A stretch of 40,205 nt of DNA from Oxalobacteraceae bacterium (GTDB taxonomy: Bacteria; Pseudomonadota; Gammaproteobacteria; Burkholderiales; Burkholderiaceae_D), in the NCBI GenBank assembly GCA_027485535.1, contig JAIXQV010000254.1, positions 1 to 40,205 of the forward strand, given 5' to 3'. Shown here one piece after another: positions 1 through 9,839 of the stretch. Every line of letters starts with the position of its first letter. Position 1 is the first letter of the stretch. A program made the translations under genes and the position numbers. The notes under the pieces are model-generated. The model was not told the DNA's origin, ran no database searches, and was given only the letters and a program-made list of their open reading frames with translations.

Positions 1-1630
<1,630 letters not shown>

Positions 1631-1636
1631 GGAATC

Positions 1637-1903
1637 CTACCTTGGCCCGCCACATTCAGGGGCGCGCTTTGCTCGTTTTTCCTTCATTGATTGAAGCAAA
1701 AACTTAGCATGTTCGGCGTCCATTTTGGAACGTTTTTCTTCTTCGATATGAAGAATTTGCTGAACAGGACTCGTGCCGTAGGCACGGTCAATTTCGTCTT
1801 GCATCATGCGCCAGACGATCAGGATCATCTCGTCCTTCAGGGCTTGTGGAAGATTGATACCCGCAACATGGGCGCGATATCTCTCAATATCTGGCACACT
1901 CAT
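1637..1903 (-). CDS. Small hypothetical protein immediately upstream of the integrase (candidate recombination directionality factor)
   Basis: ORF MSVPDIERYRAH..., stop 6 nt before the integrase start. Function inferred from position only. Confidence 0.6.
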   Translation of the reverse strand: MSVPDIERYRAHVAGINLPQALKDEMILIVWRMMQDEIDRAYGTSPVQQILHIEEEKRSKMDAEHAKFLLQSMKEKRAKRAPECGGPR

Positions 1904-2082
1904 TAGCCAACTCACGATGCTGCGTTCGTCTGTCTCTTATCCCAAGCCATCAGCCCTATCGGGGGGATCGCGGCGCAGCGTTCAAGCTCGCAATCCGGCT
2001 TTGGGAGGTTGACCGGCGTTCTCGGTCATCGCAGCTTCGATGGGTAAGATTATTTCTTAACCCAGAGCTATCTTATAATTTA

Positions 2083-2111
2083 ATTATGACTAATTCAGTC
2101 CTATTTGTCAA
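2083..2111 (-). promoter_or_regulatory. Sigma70-type promoter for the small ORF and integrase
   Basis: Minus strand TTGACA-17 nt-CATAAT in an AT-rich intergenic patch. Confidence 0.7.
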
Positions 2112-2132
2112 ATTTTGGCGGAATTCTGCGGG

Positions 2133-2411
2133 TCAGCGACCGCGATCAATGTCTTTTGACCGCGCGAAGCCTGACCGCAGTTTTGCCCTAGCATCGAGCA
2201 GGCGTTCACGAATGGCGGTGATCCGCTTTTCGTTCTCAGCGGCATAGGACGACTTCACGACATTGCGCGAATGGCCGAGAGGCTCCAGCGCGCGTTCAAC
2301 TTTTGGTGTTTGCCGCGCGCGCAGCCGTGCAATCAATTCCGCCTTTGTAGCAATGGGCCGCGCTTGTGGCGCGGCCCGATCATTGAAGGCTTTTTGATGC
2401 GGCGGTTTCAC
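2133..2411 (-). CDS. Hypothetical basic helical protein, last gene of the T4CP operon
   Basis: 92-aa ORF whose start overlaps the upstream stop by 4 nt. Confidence 0.6.
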   Translation of the reverse strand: MKPPHQKAFNDRAAPQARPIATKAELIARLRARQTPKVERALEPLGHSRNVVKSSYAAENEKRITAIRERLLDARAKLRSGFARSKDIDRGR

Positions 2412-2662
2412 CGCTCAATATCCCCGCGCTCACGCGAAGCGGGATTGGCTTTGTTTTCACGCGCCGCCGCGATCCTGTCTTTCGCGGTGCGCAGCGTGAT
2501 CCGGCCATCGACCGGCACGCTATCCAGTTTCAGATTGAAGCCCTGTCCGTCCTTATGGGCGAACGCCGAGCCGATCCGGTTGAAGTGCGAGGTGCCTTCC
2601 GCACCATCGCGCACCTGATAGGCAATATGGCTTGGGCTTTTGGATTTCTGATCCTCAGACAT
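2408..2662 (-). CDS. Small beta-rich hypothetical protein (IGxA..HxDGxG..L..P.xG motif, possibly ssDNA-binding or DUF736-like)
   Basis: MSEDQKSKSPSHIAY...RIGSAFAHKDGQGFNLKLDSVPVDGRITLR. Start at 2662 overlaps the upstream stop and follows an AAGGA RBS. Confidence 0.7.
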   Translation of the reverse strand: MSEDQKSKSPSHIAYQVRDGAEGTSHFNRIGSAFAHKDGQGFNLKLDSVPVDGRITLRTAKDRIAAARENKANPASRERGDIER

Positions 2663-2889
2663 CAGTGCAATTCCTTTTTGCTGAAATGCTTCGCGCGAAC
2701 GCAGATCGTGCCGGAGAGCGGAACGCAATCGATCAGGAGCTGAATGCCGTCGCCATCGAGATGCGCGTAGCCGACGCCGATTTTGCGACGACGATCTGTG
2801 CCGTCGCGATTGGTATCGTCGGCATAAACGTCATGCGTCGGCAGGCGTCCACGCAGCGGCAGCTCATCATCGAAATCAGATTCCATCAT
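2662..2889 (-). CDS. Paralog of the 2408-2662 protein
   Basis: PTHDVY...KIGVGYAHLDGDGIQLLIDCVPLSGTICVR aligns with its neighbour and overlaps the T4CP 3' end. Confidence 0.65.
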   Translation of the reverse strand: MMESDFDDELPLRGRLPTHDVYADDTNRDGTDRRRKIGVGYAHLDGDGIQLLIDCVPLSGTICVRAKHFSKKELH

Positions 2890-4522
2890 CGGATTTCCTC
2901 TCGATTGGAGGGCGGTAGCCATCGACATAGGCCCACCATCCGCTCTTATATTGCGGGTAGTGAGCGAGTGCGGGGGGAACGGGTTCGTTGCGCACGCGGC
3001 AGGTATGCCAGCCATATTCGGTCATCACGCGAACACGCGTCACGGGCGGGTGATAGGGATTGGGCAGGAATTTTCCGGCCATCTCAATCCGATCATAATA
3101 GGCAAATTTTTCGGCGTAGATTGGCCGAAGATTCAGACCGGAGATGAACACGATCTGCTTCTGCTCGGGCATCGCGAGAATTTCCTCTGGTGTCATCAGC
3201 CGTCGCGTTTGCTTAGCGCGATGTTCGGATTCCGCTGTGTAGCGTTTCATCTCACGCGCCGCTTGGAGCGGATCGCTGCCCATGAGGAAGCTGGTGAGCG
3301 CCTGCCACTTGCCGTGCTTCGCGCGTTCGCGCTGCAACGGATCGACATATTCTAATGTCTCCATTCCGAGCATTTTTGAAATCAATTCGGCTGTCTCGTA
3401 ATCGCGGACGCCGAAAAATTGCCGGAACTGCGCACTGCCAATAAAACTTTGGAGTGCATTAGAACCGTAGTTTCGCTTTATTTGTGCAAGGTCTTGGAAA
3501 AATGCCCATGCACGGATACCAGCACCACGTCCAAACGTGAAAGCACTCAGAAGAGCGGGGAAATTCTTTAATTGCCCAGCTTCATCGATCAACATAGTGA
3601 TACGTGGTGCATGGGGCTTACGCGATTTATAGAGCATCGCGCTTGCAAAAAAACATTGTATCAGCTGCGACCAATTGCTGATGTATTCATGCGGTACATT
3701 TAAAAAGAAGGACGACGCTTTTCCCTCCGCGCACAGTGCCGCGAGTGAAAATTCTGGGTTCTCTAAACTCGCGAGCAAGGCAGGATCATCCAGAAAACTC
3801 AATGCGCCATATAATGAACCCATCACTGCCCCGAACTCTTTAGGGGCATCGGCTTGCTTAGCGAGCATTTCGCCGACCGTACGACGAACGCTTGGGAATC
3901 TTGATTCCAGCATCATCTCAGTCTCACTCAACCAGCTTTCAGTATCGCCTTCGATTGAATTGACGAGACGCGACACCATCGCAAAATCGATATGGCCGTG
4001 ACGCTCGACTTGATGTGTCATGAGGTTGGCCAGCCAGCCCCGCGCGCGTAGCTCGAAATAATTTCCCGTGCCGCCGTCTGAAAATGGCACGAGGCTCTCC
4101 GCAATCATCTGAGCGTCTGCGATCAGCCTGCCGCCATTGAGCGTCAACCCATCGAGCGGATTGCATCGATGATGCGGCAGACCGGCAAGGCCCATCGGAT
4201 TCCAGAAATATGCGCTGATGTCCTTGGCCGCAAAATTATGAATTGAGATCGCGCCAAGTTCGCCGCGTAGATCAAGCACGAACAGTCGCTCGTTGTGGAG
4301 ATGACAGAGGATATATGCCAGCACATCACGACATTTGCCCGAACCCGCGCCGCCAATTGTGATCATCGGCGCATCGCTGTCGAGGTGAAGCGGCTGCCCC
4401 TCGAAAAATCCGACTTGCGGGCCGCGTGAAGCGAGCAGCCCCGTGCGCTCGATGTCGGCGAGCGTTGCCCATCTCGCCGACCCGTGCCTAAATTCCTCGC
4501 GAAATTCTATATTGTGATCCAT
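2876..4522 (-). CDS. traG: Type IV coupling protein, VirD4/TraG family
   Basis: HGSARWA N-terminal motif, Walker A GGAGSGK, DLRGE, Walker B MLIDEAGQL, QDLAQI..NYG, TAELISKMLG, RRLMTPEEI. Confidence 0.9.
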   Translation of the reverse strand: MDHNIEFREEFRHGSARWATLADIERTGLLASRGPQVGFFEGQPLHLDSDAPMITIGGAGSGKCRDVLAYILCHLHNERLFVLDLRGELGAISIHNFAAKDISAYFWNPMGLAGLPHHRCNPLDGLTLNGGRLIADAQMIAESLVPFSDGGTGNYFELRARGWLANLMTHQVERHGHIDFAMVSRLVNSIEGDTESWLSETEMMLESRFPSVRRTVGEMLAKQADAPKEFGAVMGSLYGALSFLDDPALLASLENPEFSLAALCAEGKASSFFLNVPHEYISNWSQLIQCFFASAMLYKSRKPHAPRITMLIDEAGQLKNFPALLSAFTFGRGAGIRAWAFFQDLAQIKRNYGSNALQSFIGSAQFRQFFGVRDYETAELISKMLGMETLEYVDPLQRERAKHGKWQALTSFLMGSDPLQAAREMKRYTAESEHRAKQTRRLMTPEEILAMPEQKQIVFISGLNLRPIYAEKFAYYDRIEMAGKFLPNPYHPPVTRVRVMTEYGWHTCRVRNEPVPPALAHYPQYKSGWWAYVDGYRPPIERKSDDGI

Positions 4523-4535
4523 CGATATTCTCCCA

Positions 4536-4564
4536 AACGAAAACAGGGAGCCGAAGCCCCCTGT
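4536..4564 (-). terminator. Rho-independent terminator-like hairpin just upstream of the T4CP start
   Basis: Minus strand ACAGGGGGC-TTCG-GCTCCCTGT followed by TTTCGTTT. Confidence 0.5.
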
Positions 4565-4640
4565 CTCATTTATCGGTGTGTGGTTAGGCGCGCGGGGGGA
4601 TCAGGCTTCAGCGTCTACGGTCACTGCGCTGACTGACCCG

Positions 4641-4940
4641 TCAAACCAGCGCCATGCGCATCAGCCAGCCAGTGAGGCCGATAAGTAATGCCGCAAGAAC
4701 CGCCGCGCGACCAATCGCGTAACTCAGATAGCCCAGCAGGCAGAACCAAACGACGGATGCGAGGCCGGTTGTCTCAGGCCCCCAGATTCTTGCGAACAAA
4801 GCCTCGATAATGAATGACGTGAAGTGATGAGCGGGAGGCGTAAAAATGAATGCGCCGATAGCGCCAACCGCCTTCGCAATAGCGTCGAACGCGGGCCACA
4901 TCGGGTTTGGCGATTGAGGGGCGTTGAATGGCTGGTTCAT
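4641..4940 (-). CDS. Small membrane protein
   Basis: Start MNQPFNAPQ after a CAGGAG RBS, several hydrophobic segments. Confidence 0.6.
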   Translation of the reverse strand: MNQPFNAPQSPNPMWPAFDAIAKAVGAIGAFIFTPPAHHFTSFIIEALFARIWGPETTGLASVVWFCLLGYLSYAIGRAAVLAALLIGLTGWLMRMALV

Positions 4941-4999
4941 GTTGAACTCCTGAAAAGTTGCCGGACGCGAGGGGCGTCCGGCGTGAGTCGAGGGATAAA

Positions 5000-5437
5000 T
5001 CAGGCTGAAGCTGAGCACGGGGGGACGTGCTGCCGAGGCCCGTTTCGCTTTCCCCAAGTTTCTGCGACGGACGGGAAGCGGGCCTTGATGATGGACGCCA
5101 TCACCTGAAATCGCGTCAGAGCGTTCGGATGCACGAACCCGTTACGGCTTGGCCGCGCACAGCAATTATCCCGAAAATAATAGCGGATGCTGGGGGTATC
5201 GAACGCTTCGAGATCGACTTCCACGATACGACCGGCATCATCCACGAACTGACCGTTGAAATCACGCAACCAATCGGTCAGTCGATCTAACCAAGCGTCA
5301 CGCGAAAGACCAAGGCAATAGCAAAAATTGCGCACGTCATAGACGTATTGCGGATTTTGCAAGTCGGATAGCTTCACGAGTTCTATATTGATCTCGGTGC
5401 AGTATCCTTTGATTTCACATTCACTACAGAGAAACAT
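5000..5437 (-). CDS. Cys-rich hypothetical protein
   Basis: Start MFLCSECEIKGYC after an AAGGAG RBS, 145 aa. Confidence 0.5.
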   Translation of the reverse strand: MFLCSECEIKGYCTEINIELVKLSDLQNPQYVYDVRNFCYCLGLSRDAWLDRLTDWLRDFNGQFVDDAGRIVEVDLEAFDTPSIRYYFRDNCCARPSRNGFVHPNALTRFQVMASIIKARFPSVAETWGKRNGPRQHVPPCSASA

Positions 5438-5583
5438 CGGGTGCTCCTTCCCAATTTGAGAGGTTGGAGCCAGCTGGCCGATAGACTTAGTAGGTAGACG
5501 AATTATCCACCGCCAATACTTCGACGTTGGATGAACTTGATTAAAAAGCTTCAGTTGCCACATATCCATCCAGCTGATGCTGG

Positions 5584-6462
5584 ATGGAGAAAAGTGCGAT
5601 GATTGATTGGAGTGCGAGCTACGCCAGCGCGGCGGCAAGAATTGCCACGCGCAAGGCGCTTGAGCTGAAACCCTCAGCAGTCAGCTATGAGAAGCTGTCC
5701 AAGCGCATCGCCGAGATTCCAGGCTCGGATGACTTGAAGGAGCAACTCGATAAAATCGGATTCCCGACCAAAAAAATGGCCGCATCCGTGTCGGGATCGA
5801 CGATCAATAACTTCGTGAAGGATGACGGCCACAGCTTCAACGATGAAGCCTATCTCTATGCGCTTTTGGGCTTGCTCGCGCTAGATCACCCCGAGCTGAT
5901 TTTGCCGGAGATCGAGCGCCATGAGCTGGCCGACAAACAGCGCTTCACGGTGGCCGCGACGGAGTTGCTAGGCCTTGACGCGTCCGGCATTTCGGCCCCG
6001 AAAAGCTATGCGGGAGTTTACCGGCTTTTCAGGCCGCACACGCTCAAGCCGACGAAGCTGGCAATGCTATGCCGCTTCACAGTCGGTAGCGACAACGATG
6101 CGTTTGCATGCGTTTTGGAGCAGGGCTTTCGTGATGACGACGGATTGCCGTCGGCCCAGCGAGCGACAGGAAGGCTCGTCCCTTGCGGGCCGCGCATGAT
6201 CGCAGTGCTCCAGTTGCGCGTCGGTTGCCCAATCGTAATCATGATAGATACGACGCACACCGTGGAGCCAAAAGAAGGCATCAGAAGAATGTCAGGGATC
6301 ATGTCCATCATGTCAGATAATAAGAAGGCTTGCGCTTACCCAATTTATGCCGTTCGGGAGCAGAGCGAATTTGAACCGACAGAGGTTCAGTTTGCCGACG
6401 TGCCCGAGCGCGCCCAGAAAGCATTTGCGCAGGGTGTAATACATTGGGACCAGCAGGCTTAA
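5584..6462 (+). CDS. Hypothetical protein, possible HTH-containing regulator
   Basis: 292-aa ORF divergent from the mobilisation genes. VSGSTINNFVKD resembles an XRE-type recognition helix (weak). Confidence 0.6.
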   Translation: MEKSAMIDWSASYASAAARIATRKALELKPSAVSYEKLSKRIAEIPGSDDLKEQLDKIGFPTKKMAASVSGSTINNFVKDDGHSFNDEAYLYALLGLLALDHPELILPEIERHELADKQRFTVAATELLGLDASGISAPKSYAGVYRLFRPHTLKPTKLAMLCRFTVGSDNDAFACVLEQGFRDDDGLPSAQRATGRLVPCGPRMIAVLQLRVGCPIVIMIDTTHTVEPKEGIRRMSGIMSIMSDNKKACAYPIYAVREQSEFEPTEVQFADVPERAQKAFAQGVIHWDQQA

Positions 6463-6470
6463 CGCCGACT

Positions 6471-6503
6471 GCAAGATGTGTGTTGTAGTACAACACCATC
6501 TTG
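6471..6503 (-). other. Candidate MOBP-type oriT (predicted nic between 6472 and 6471 on the minus strand)
   Basis: Minus strand GTGTTGTA-C-TACAACAC inverted repeat directly followed by ACATCTTG^C, resembling RP4/R64-type YATCCTG^Y nick sites. Confidence 0.55.
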
Positions 6504-6815
6504 GCAAGGGGGTCGCTGCGCACCCCCGTTGCATCCCCCAAGCCGCTGGCACTTCCCGAAACCCGTTCCCAAGTGGTCAGAGCCGGTCAGTACCAGTGCA
6601 CCGTTTGGCCGTTGCATCACCAGATCAGGGGAGCCTTCAAGCTCCCCCGACACCCCCATGACCAAGGGGCATTCGCGCCCCTTTGGATACCCTCGACCAA
6701 CCGTCCGCCGATTGGATGCCGTCAGGGCTTTCGCGCCCTGAACCACGACAAAAGGAGCCTTCGCGCTCCCCTTGACCCCATGAGCAGGGGCGTGCCTGCC
6801 CCTTGCATCCCGGCC
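6504..6815. repeat. Array of about six related G/C hairpins
   Basis: Units such as GGGGAGCC-TTCAA-GCTCCCC, AAGGGGC-ATTCGC-GCCCCTT, TCAGGGC-TTTCGC-GCCCTGA and AGGGGC-GTGCCT-GCCCCT, most followed by a short C-rich tract. Confidence 0.65.
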
Positions 6816-6870
6816 TCACAATTGGCTGAACAAGATATCTCACATGGACCCAATTTGCCCATGGAGTTGT

Positions 6871-6889
6871 GTGTATCCATTGGCTACAC
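6871..6889. promoter_or_regulatory. Palindromic operator upstream of the RHH gene and defence operon
   Basis: GTGTA-T-CCA-T-TGG-C-TACAC inverted repeat overlapping a TACACT -10-like hexamer 7 nt before the ATG at 6898. Confidence 0.5.
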
Positions 6890-6897
6890 TCACCCCC

Positions 6898-7050
6898 ATG
6901 TCAGGGAAGGATTCCGGCTTTCGAATCCGCGTTGAGCGCGAACTTCGTGAGAAGTTTCTCGCGGCGTGTCGAAAGCAGGATCGACCTGCCGCGCAGGTGC
7001 TCCGCGAATTTATGCGGGCGTTCGTCGCGGATACCGATCAACCAAAATGA
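6898..7050 (+). CDS. Ribbon-helix-helix (CopG/Arc-like) DNA-binding protein
   Basis: MSGKDSGFRIRVERELREKFLAACRKQDRPAAQVLREFMRAFV has a beta-alpha-alpha RHH pattern. Confidence 0.75.
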   Translation: MSGKDSGFRIRVERELREKFLAACRKQDRPAAQVLREFMRAFVADTDQPK

Positions 7051-7075
7051 GGGCGGAAGGGGGCCGTCGCGCAAA

Positions 7076-9838
7076 ATGAACGCCGTTGAGATCGAAGAGG
7101 CAGTAACGGAATTGGCTGAACGTCCGTTCGATCGAGCGGAGTTCCCGTTTCAATTCCTAGAGGCGTTCGGCAACAAACCGGCGACGATCAAACGTCTTCG
7201 CGATGGCCACAGCAACAGTTCCGATCTTGGCGGCGTATTGCAACGTAGCAACATCCACATTGCCGTTGCCGAAAAAGGCAACGTCACCGCAACGCTTGGA
7301 GCGCTCAAAACCAGCCCCGCGACCGCGAAAGCGAAAGCGCAATTCGTCCTCGCTACCGATGGCGATATGTTTGAAGCCGAGGACATCGAGTCCGGCGAAA
7401 CTGTTGCTTGCACCTATGCTGAATTCCCCGAGCATTTCGGTTTCTTCCTCCCGTTGGCGGGCATCAGCACCGTCAAACAGGTGCGCGACAGCGCGTTCGA
7501 CATCCGCGCGACGAGCCGCCTCAATCGCCTCTATGTCGAGCTGCTGAAGGACAATCCGGAATGGAGCAAGGCCGAGCGACGCCCCGACATGAACCACTTC
7601 ATGGCGCGGTTGATCTTCTGCTTCTTCGCGGAAGACACGGACATCTTCAACGGGACCGGCCTGTTCACCGCGACGGTCGATCAGATGAGCGAGAAGGACG
7701 CGTCAAACACCCATGAGGTGATTGCAGAAATCTTCCGCGCCATGAACACGCCCATCAAGGATCGTCAGGCGTCGGGCATCCGCACGTGGGCAAACGTGTT
7801 TCCCTATGTGAATGGCGGCCTGTTTTCGGGGAGCCTTGAGGTTCCACGCTTCAGCCGCATCGCGCGATCCTATCTGCTCCACATCGGTAGTCTGAAATGG
7901 ACGCAGATCAATCCCGACATTTTTGGGTCGATGATTCAGGCGGTTGCCGATGACGAGGAGCGCGGCGCACTGGGTATGCACTACACCAGCCGCCCAAACA
8001 TTCTTAAGGTTCTCGATCCGCTCTTTCTCGACAGCCTGCGCGAGCAGCTAGCGGAGGCGGGAGACAGTCCCCGTAAACTGCTGAATCTCCGCAATCGCAT
8101 GGCGCGCATTCGCGTTTTTGATCCAGCATGCGGCAGCGGAAATTTCCTTGTCATTGCCTATAAAGAAATGCGCGAGATCGAAGCTGAGATTAATCGGCGT
8201 CGCGGCGAGGAAGGGCGCGCATCCGACATTCCGCTCACGAATTTTCGCGGTATCGAGTTACGTGACTTTCCGGCAGAGGTTGCTCGCCTTGCGCTCATAA
8301 TCGCCGAGTTTCAATGTGATACGCTCTATCGCGGGCAGAAATTGGCGCTCGCGGAGTTCCTGCCGCTTAACGCTGAGAACTGGATCACCTGTGGCAATGC
8401 GCTACGCCTTGATTGGTTGAGCATCTGCCCGCCGACAGGAACCGGCGTAAAACTGGTGGGCGACAACCTGTTTTCGACACCACTCGATCAGGCGCAGATC
8501 GATTTCGAGAATGAAGGTGGCGAAACCTACATCTGCGGCAATCCGCCTTACCTTGGATCAAAGTGGCAGACAGATGAAAACAAGGCTGATTTGGGAAGCA
8601 TATTCGAAGGTCGGACAAAAAACTGGAAATCACTAGACTACGTATCTGGGTGGTTCATGAAAGCAGCCGACTACGGCACACACACCAGCACCGCATCCGC
8701 TTTTGTGTCAACGAATTCTGTCTGCCAAGGGTTGCAGGTTTCGATTTTGTGGCCGCTGATATTCCGTACTGGGCATGAAATCACCTTTGCTTATGGCTCT
8801 TTCAAATGGGCAAATCTGGCCAGCCATAATGCGGGAGTAACCGTTGCCATCGTGGGCATGTCAAACCGTGCAGGACGAGCGCGGACTTTATACTCTGTCG
8901 AAGCAAATGACCGAGTTGTCGCTAAGGTGGTTGATAATATCAATGCATATCTCGTCGCGGGCGAGAATTTGGAGGTTGAGGCGCGAGCTAAACCATTTAC
9001 CGAAGTCACGGAGATGCAAGTTGGCAACCATCCTTATTATGGTGCCGCGTTAATTTTCTCAAACGACGAGGCTCGGTCGATTATCGGAGAGCAACCTGCG
9101 GCATCAAAATATATCCGCCCACTCTATGGCTCAAAGGAATTTATCTCTGCATCGCCGCGTTCATGCTTGTGGATTGCGGATAGCGAGTTGCCAGATGCCA
9201 AAACCATACCACAAATAGCTTCTCGGCTTGAAGCAGTCGCTGTCGCCCGACGCTCAGCCAAGCAGGATAAGGCCGCACAAAAGCTAGCCGACACGCCACA
9301 TAGATTCCGAGAGCAAATCACGTCAAAGAGTCACACGCTTGTAGTGCCCAAAGTAAGTTCGGAAAATAGACCTTTTCTGCCTGTTGGGCTTCTCGATGCA
9401 AATTGCATCGTTCAAGAAAAAGTGTTTGCACTTTACGATGCGCCGCTGTGGAATATGGCGCTGATCGCATCACGCCTGCATTGGGTATGGATCGGAACGG
9501 TCTGCGTGCGGATGCGCACAGACTTCTCATATTCCAACACACTTGGTTGGAACACATTTCCAGTCCCGACACTGACCGAAAAGAATAAGGATGATCTTAC
9601 CCGCTGCGCTGAGGATATTCTCTTAGCCCGCGAGGCGCATTTTCCTGCAAGTATCGCCGACCTTTACGAGATCAAGGACGGCGAAAGTAGGATGCCCGCT
9701 GATTTACGTGAGGCCCATGAACGGAACGACGAGGCTTTGGAGCGCATCTATATCGGACGGCGATTCAAGAACGATACCGAGCGCCTCGAAAAACTCTTTG
9801 AGCTGTACACCAAGATGACGACAAAGAGGACGCGCTGA
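7076..9838 (+). CDS. yeeA: MmeI/YeeA(DnmA)-like N6-adenine DNA methyltransferase with TRD
   Basis: Start MNAVEIEEAV, RLIFCFFAEDT, FPYVNGGLF, LGMHYTS, motif I FDPACGSGNFL, motif IV GNPPY, C-terminal YSNTLGWNTFP. Confidence 0.9.
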   Translation: MNAVEIEEAVTELAERPFDRAEFPFQFLEAFGNKPATIKRLRDGHSNSSDLGGVLQRSNIHIAVAEKGNVTATLGALKTSPATAKAKAQFVLATDGDMFEAEDIESGETVACTYAEFPEHFGFFLPLAGISTVKQVRDSAFDIRATSRLNRLYVELLKDNPEWSKAERRPDMNHFMARLIFCFFAEDTDIFNGTGLFTATVDQMSEKDASNTHEVIAEIFRAMNTPIKDRQASGIRTWANVFPYVNGGLFSGSLEVPRFSRIARSYLLHIGSLKWTQINPDIFGSMIQAVADDEERGALGMHYTSRPNILKVLDPLFLDSLREQLAEAGDSPRKLLNLRNRMARIRVFDPACGSGNFLVIAYKEMREIEAEINRRRGEEGRASDIPLTNFRGIELRDFPAEVARLALIIAEFQCDTLYRGQKLALAEFLPLNAENWITCGNALRLDWLSICPPTGTGVKLVGDNLFSTPLDQAQIDFENEGGETYICGNPPYLGSKWQTDENKADLGSIFEGRTKNWKSLDYVSGWFMKAADYGTHTSTASAFVSTNSVCQGLQVSILWPLIFRTGHEITFAYGSFKWANLASHNAGVTVAIVGMSNRAGRARTLYSVEANDRVVAKVVDNINAYLVAGENLEVEARAKPFTEVTEMQVGNHPYYGAALIFSNDEARSIIGEQPAASKYIRPLYGSKEFISASPRSCLWIADSELPDAKTIPQIASRLEAVAVARRSAKQDKAAQKLADTPHRFREQITSKSHTLVVPKVSSENRPFLPVGLLDANCIVQEKVFALYDAPLWNMALIASRLHWVWIGTVCVRMRTDFSYSNTLGWNTFPVPTLTEKNKDDLTRCAEDILLAREAHFPASIADLYEIKDGESRMPADLREAHERNDEALERIYIGRRFKNDTERLEKLFELYTKMTTKRTR

Positions 9839-9839
9839 T

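Noticed and set aside
6504-6815. Possible CRISPR array or coding ORFs
   Set aside because: No constant repeat or regular spacer length, no cas genes, and the overlapping ORFs are low-complexity Pro/Gly-rich translations
6869-7075. N-terminal extension of the methyltransferase in the ORF track
   Set aside because: It overlaps the RHH gene in another frame, and the family-like start is MNAVEIEEAV at 7076
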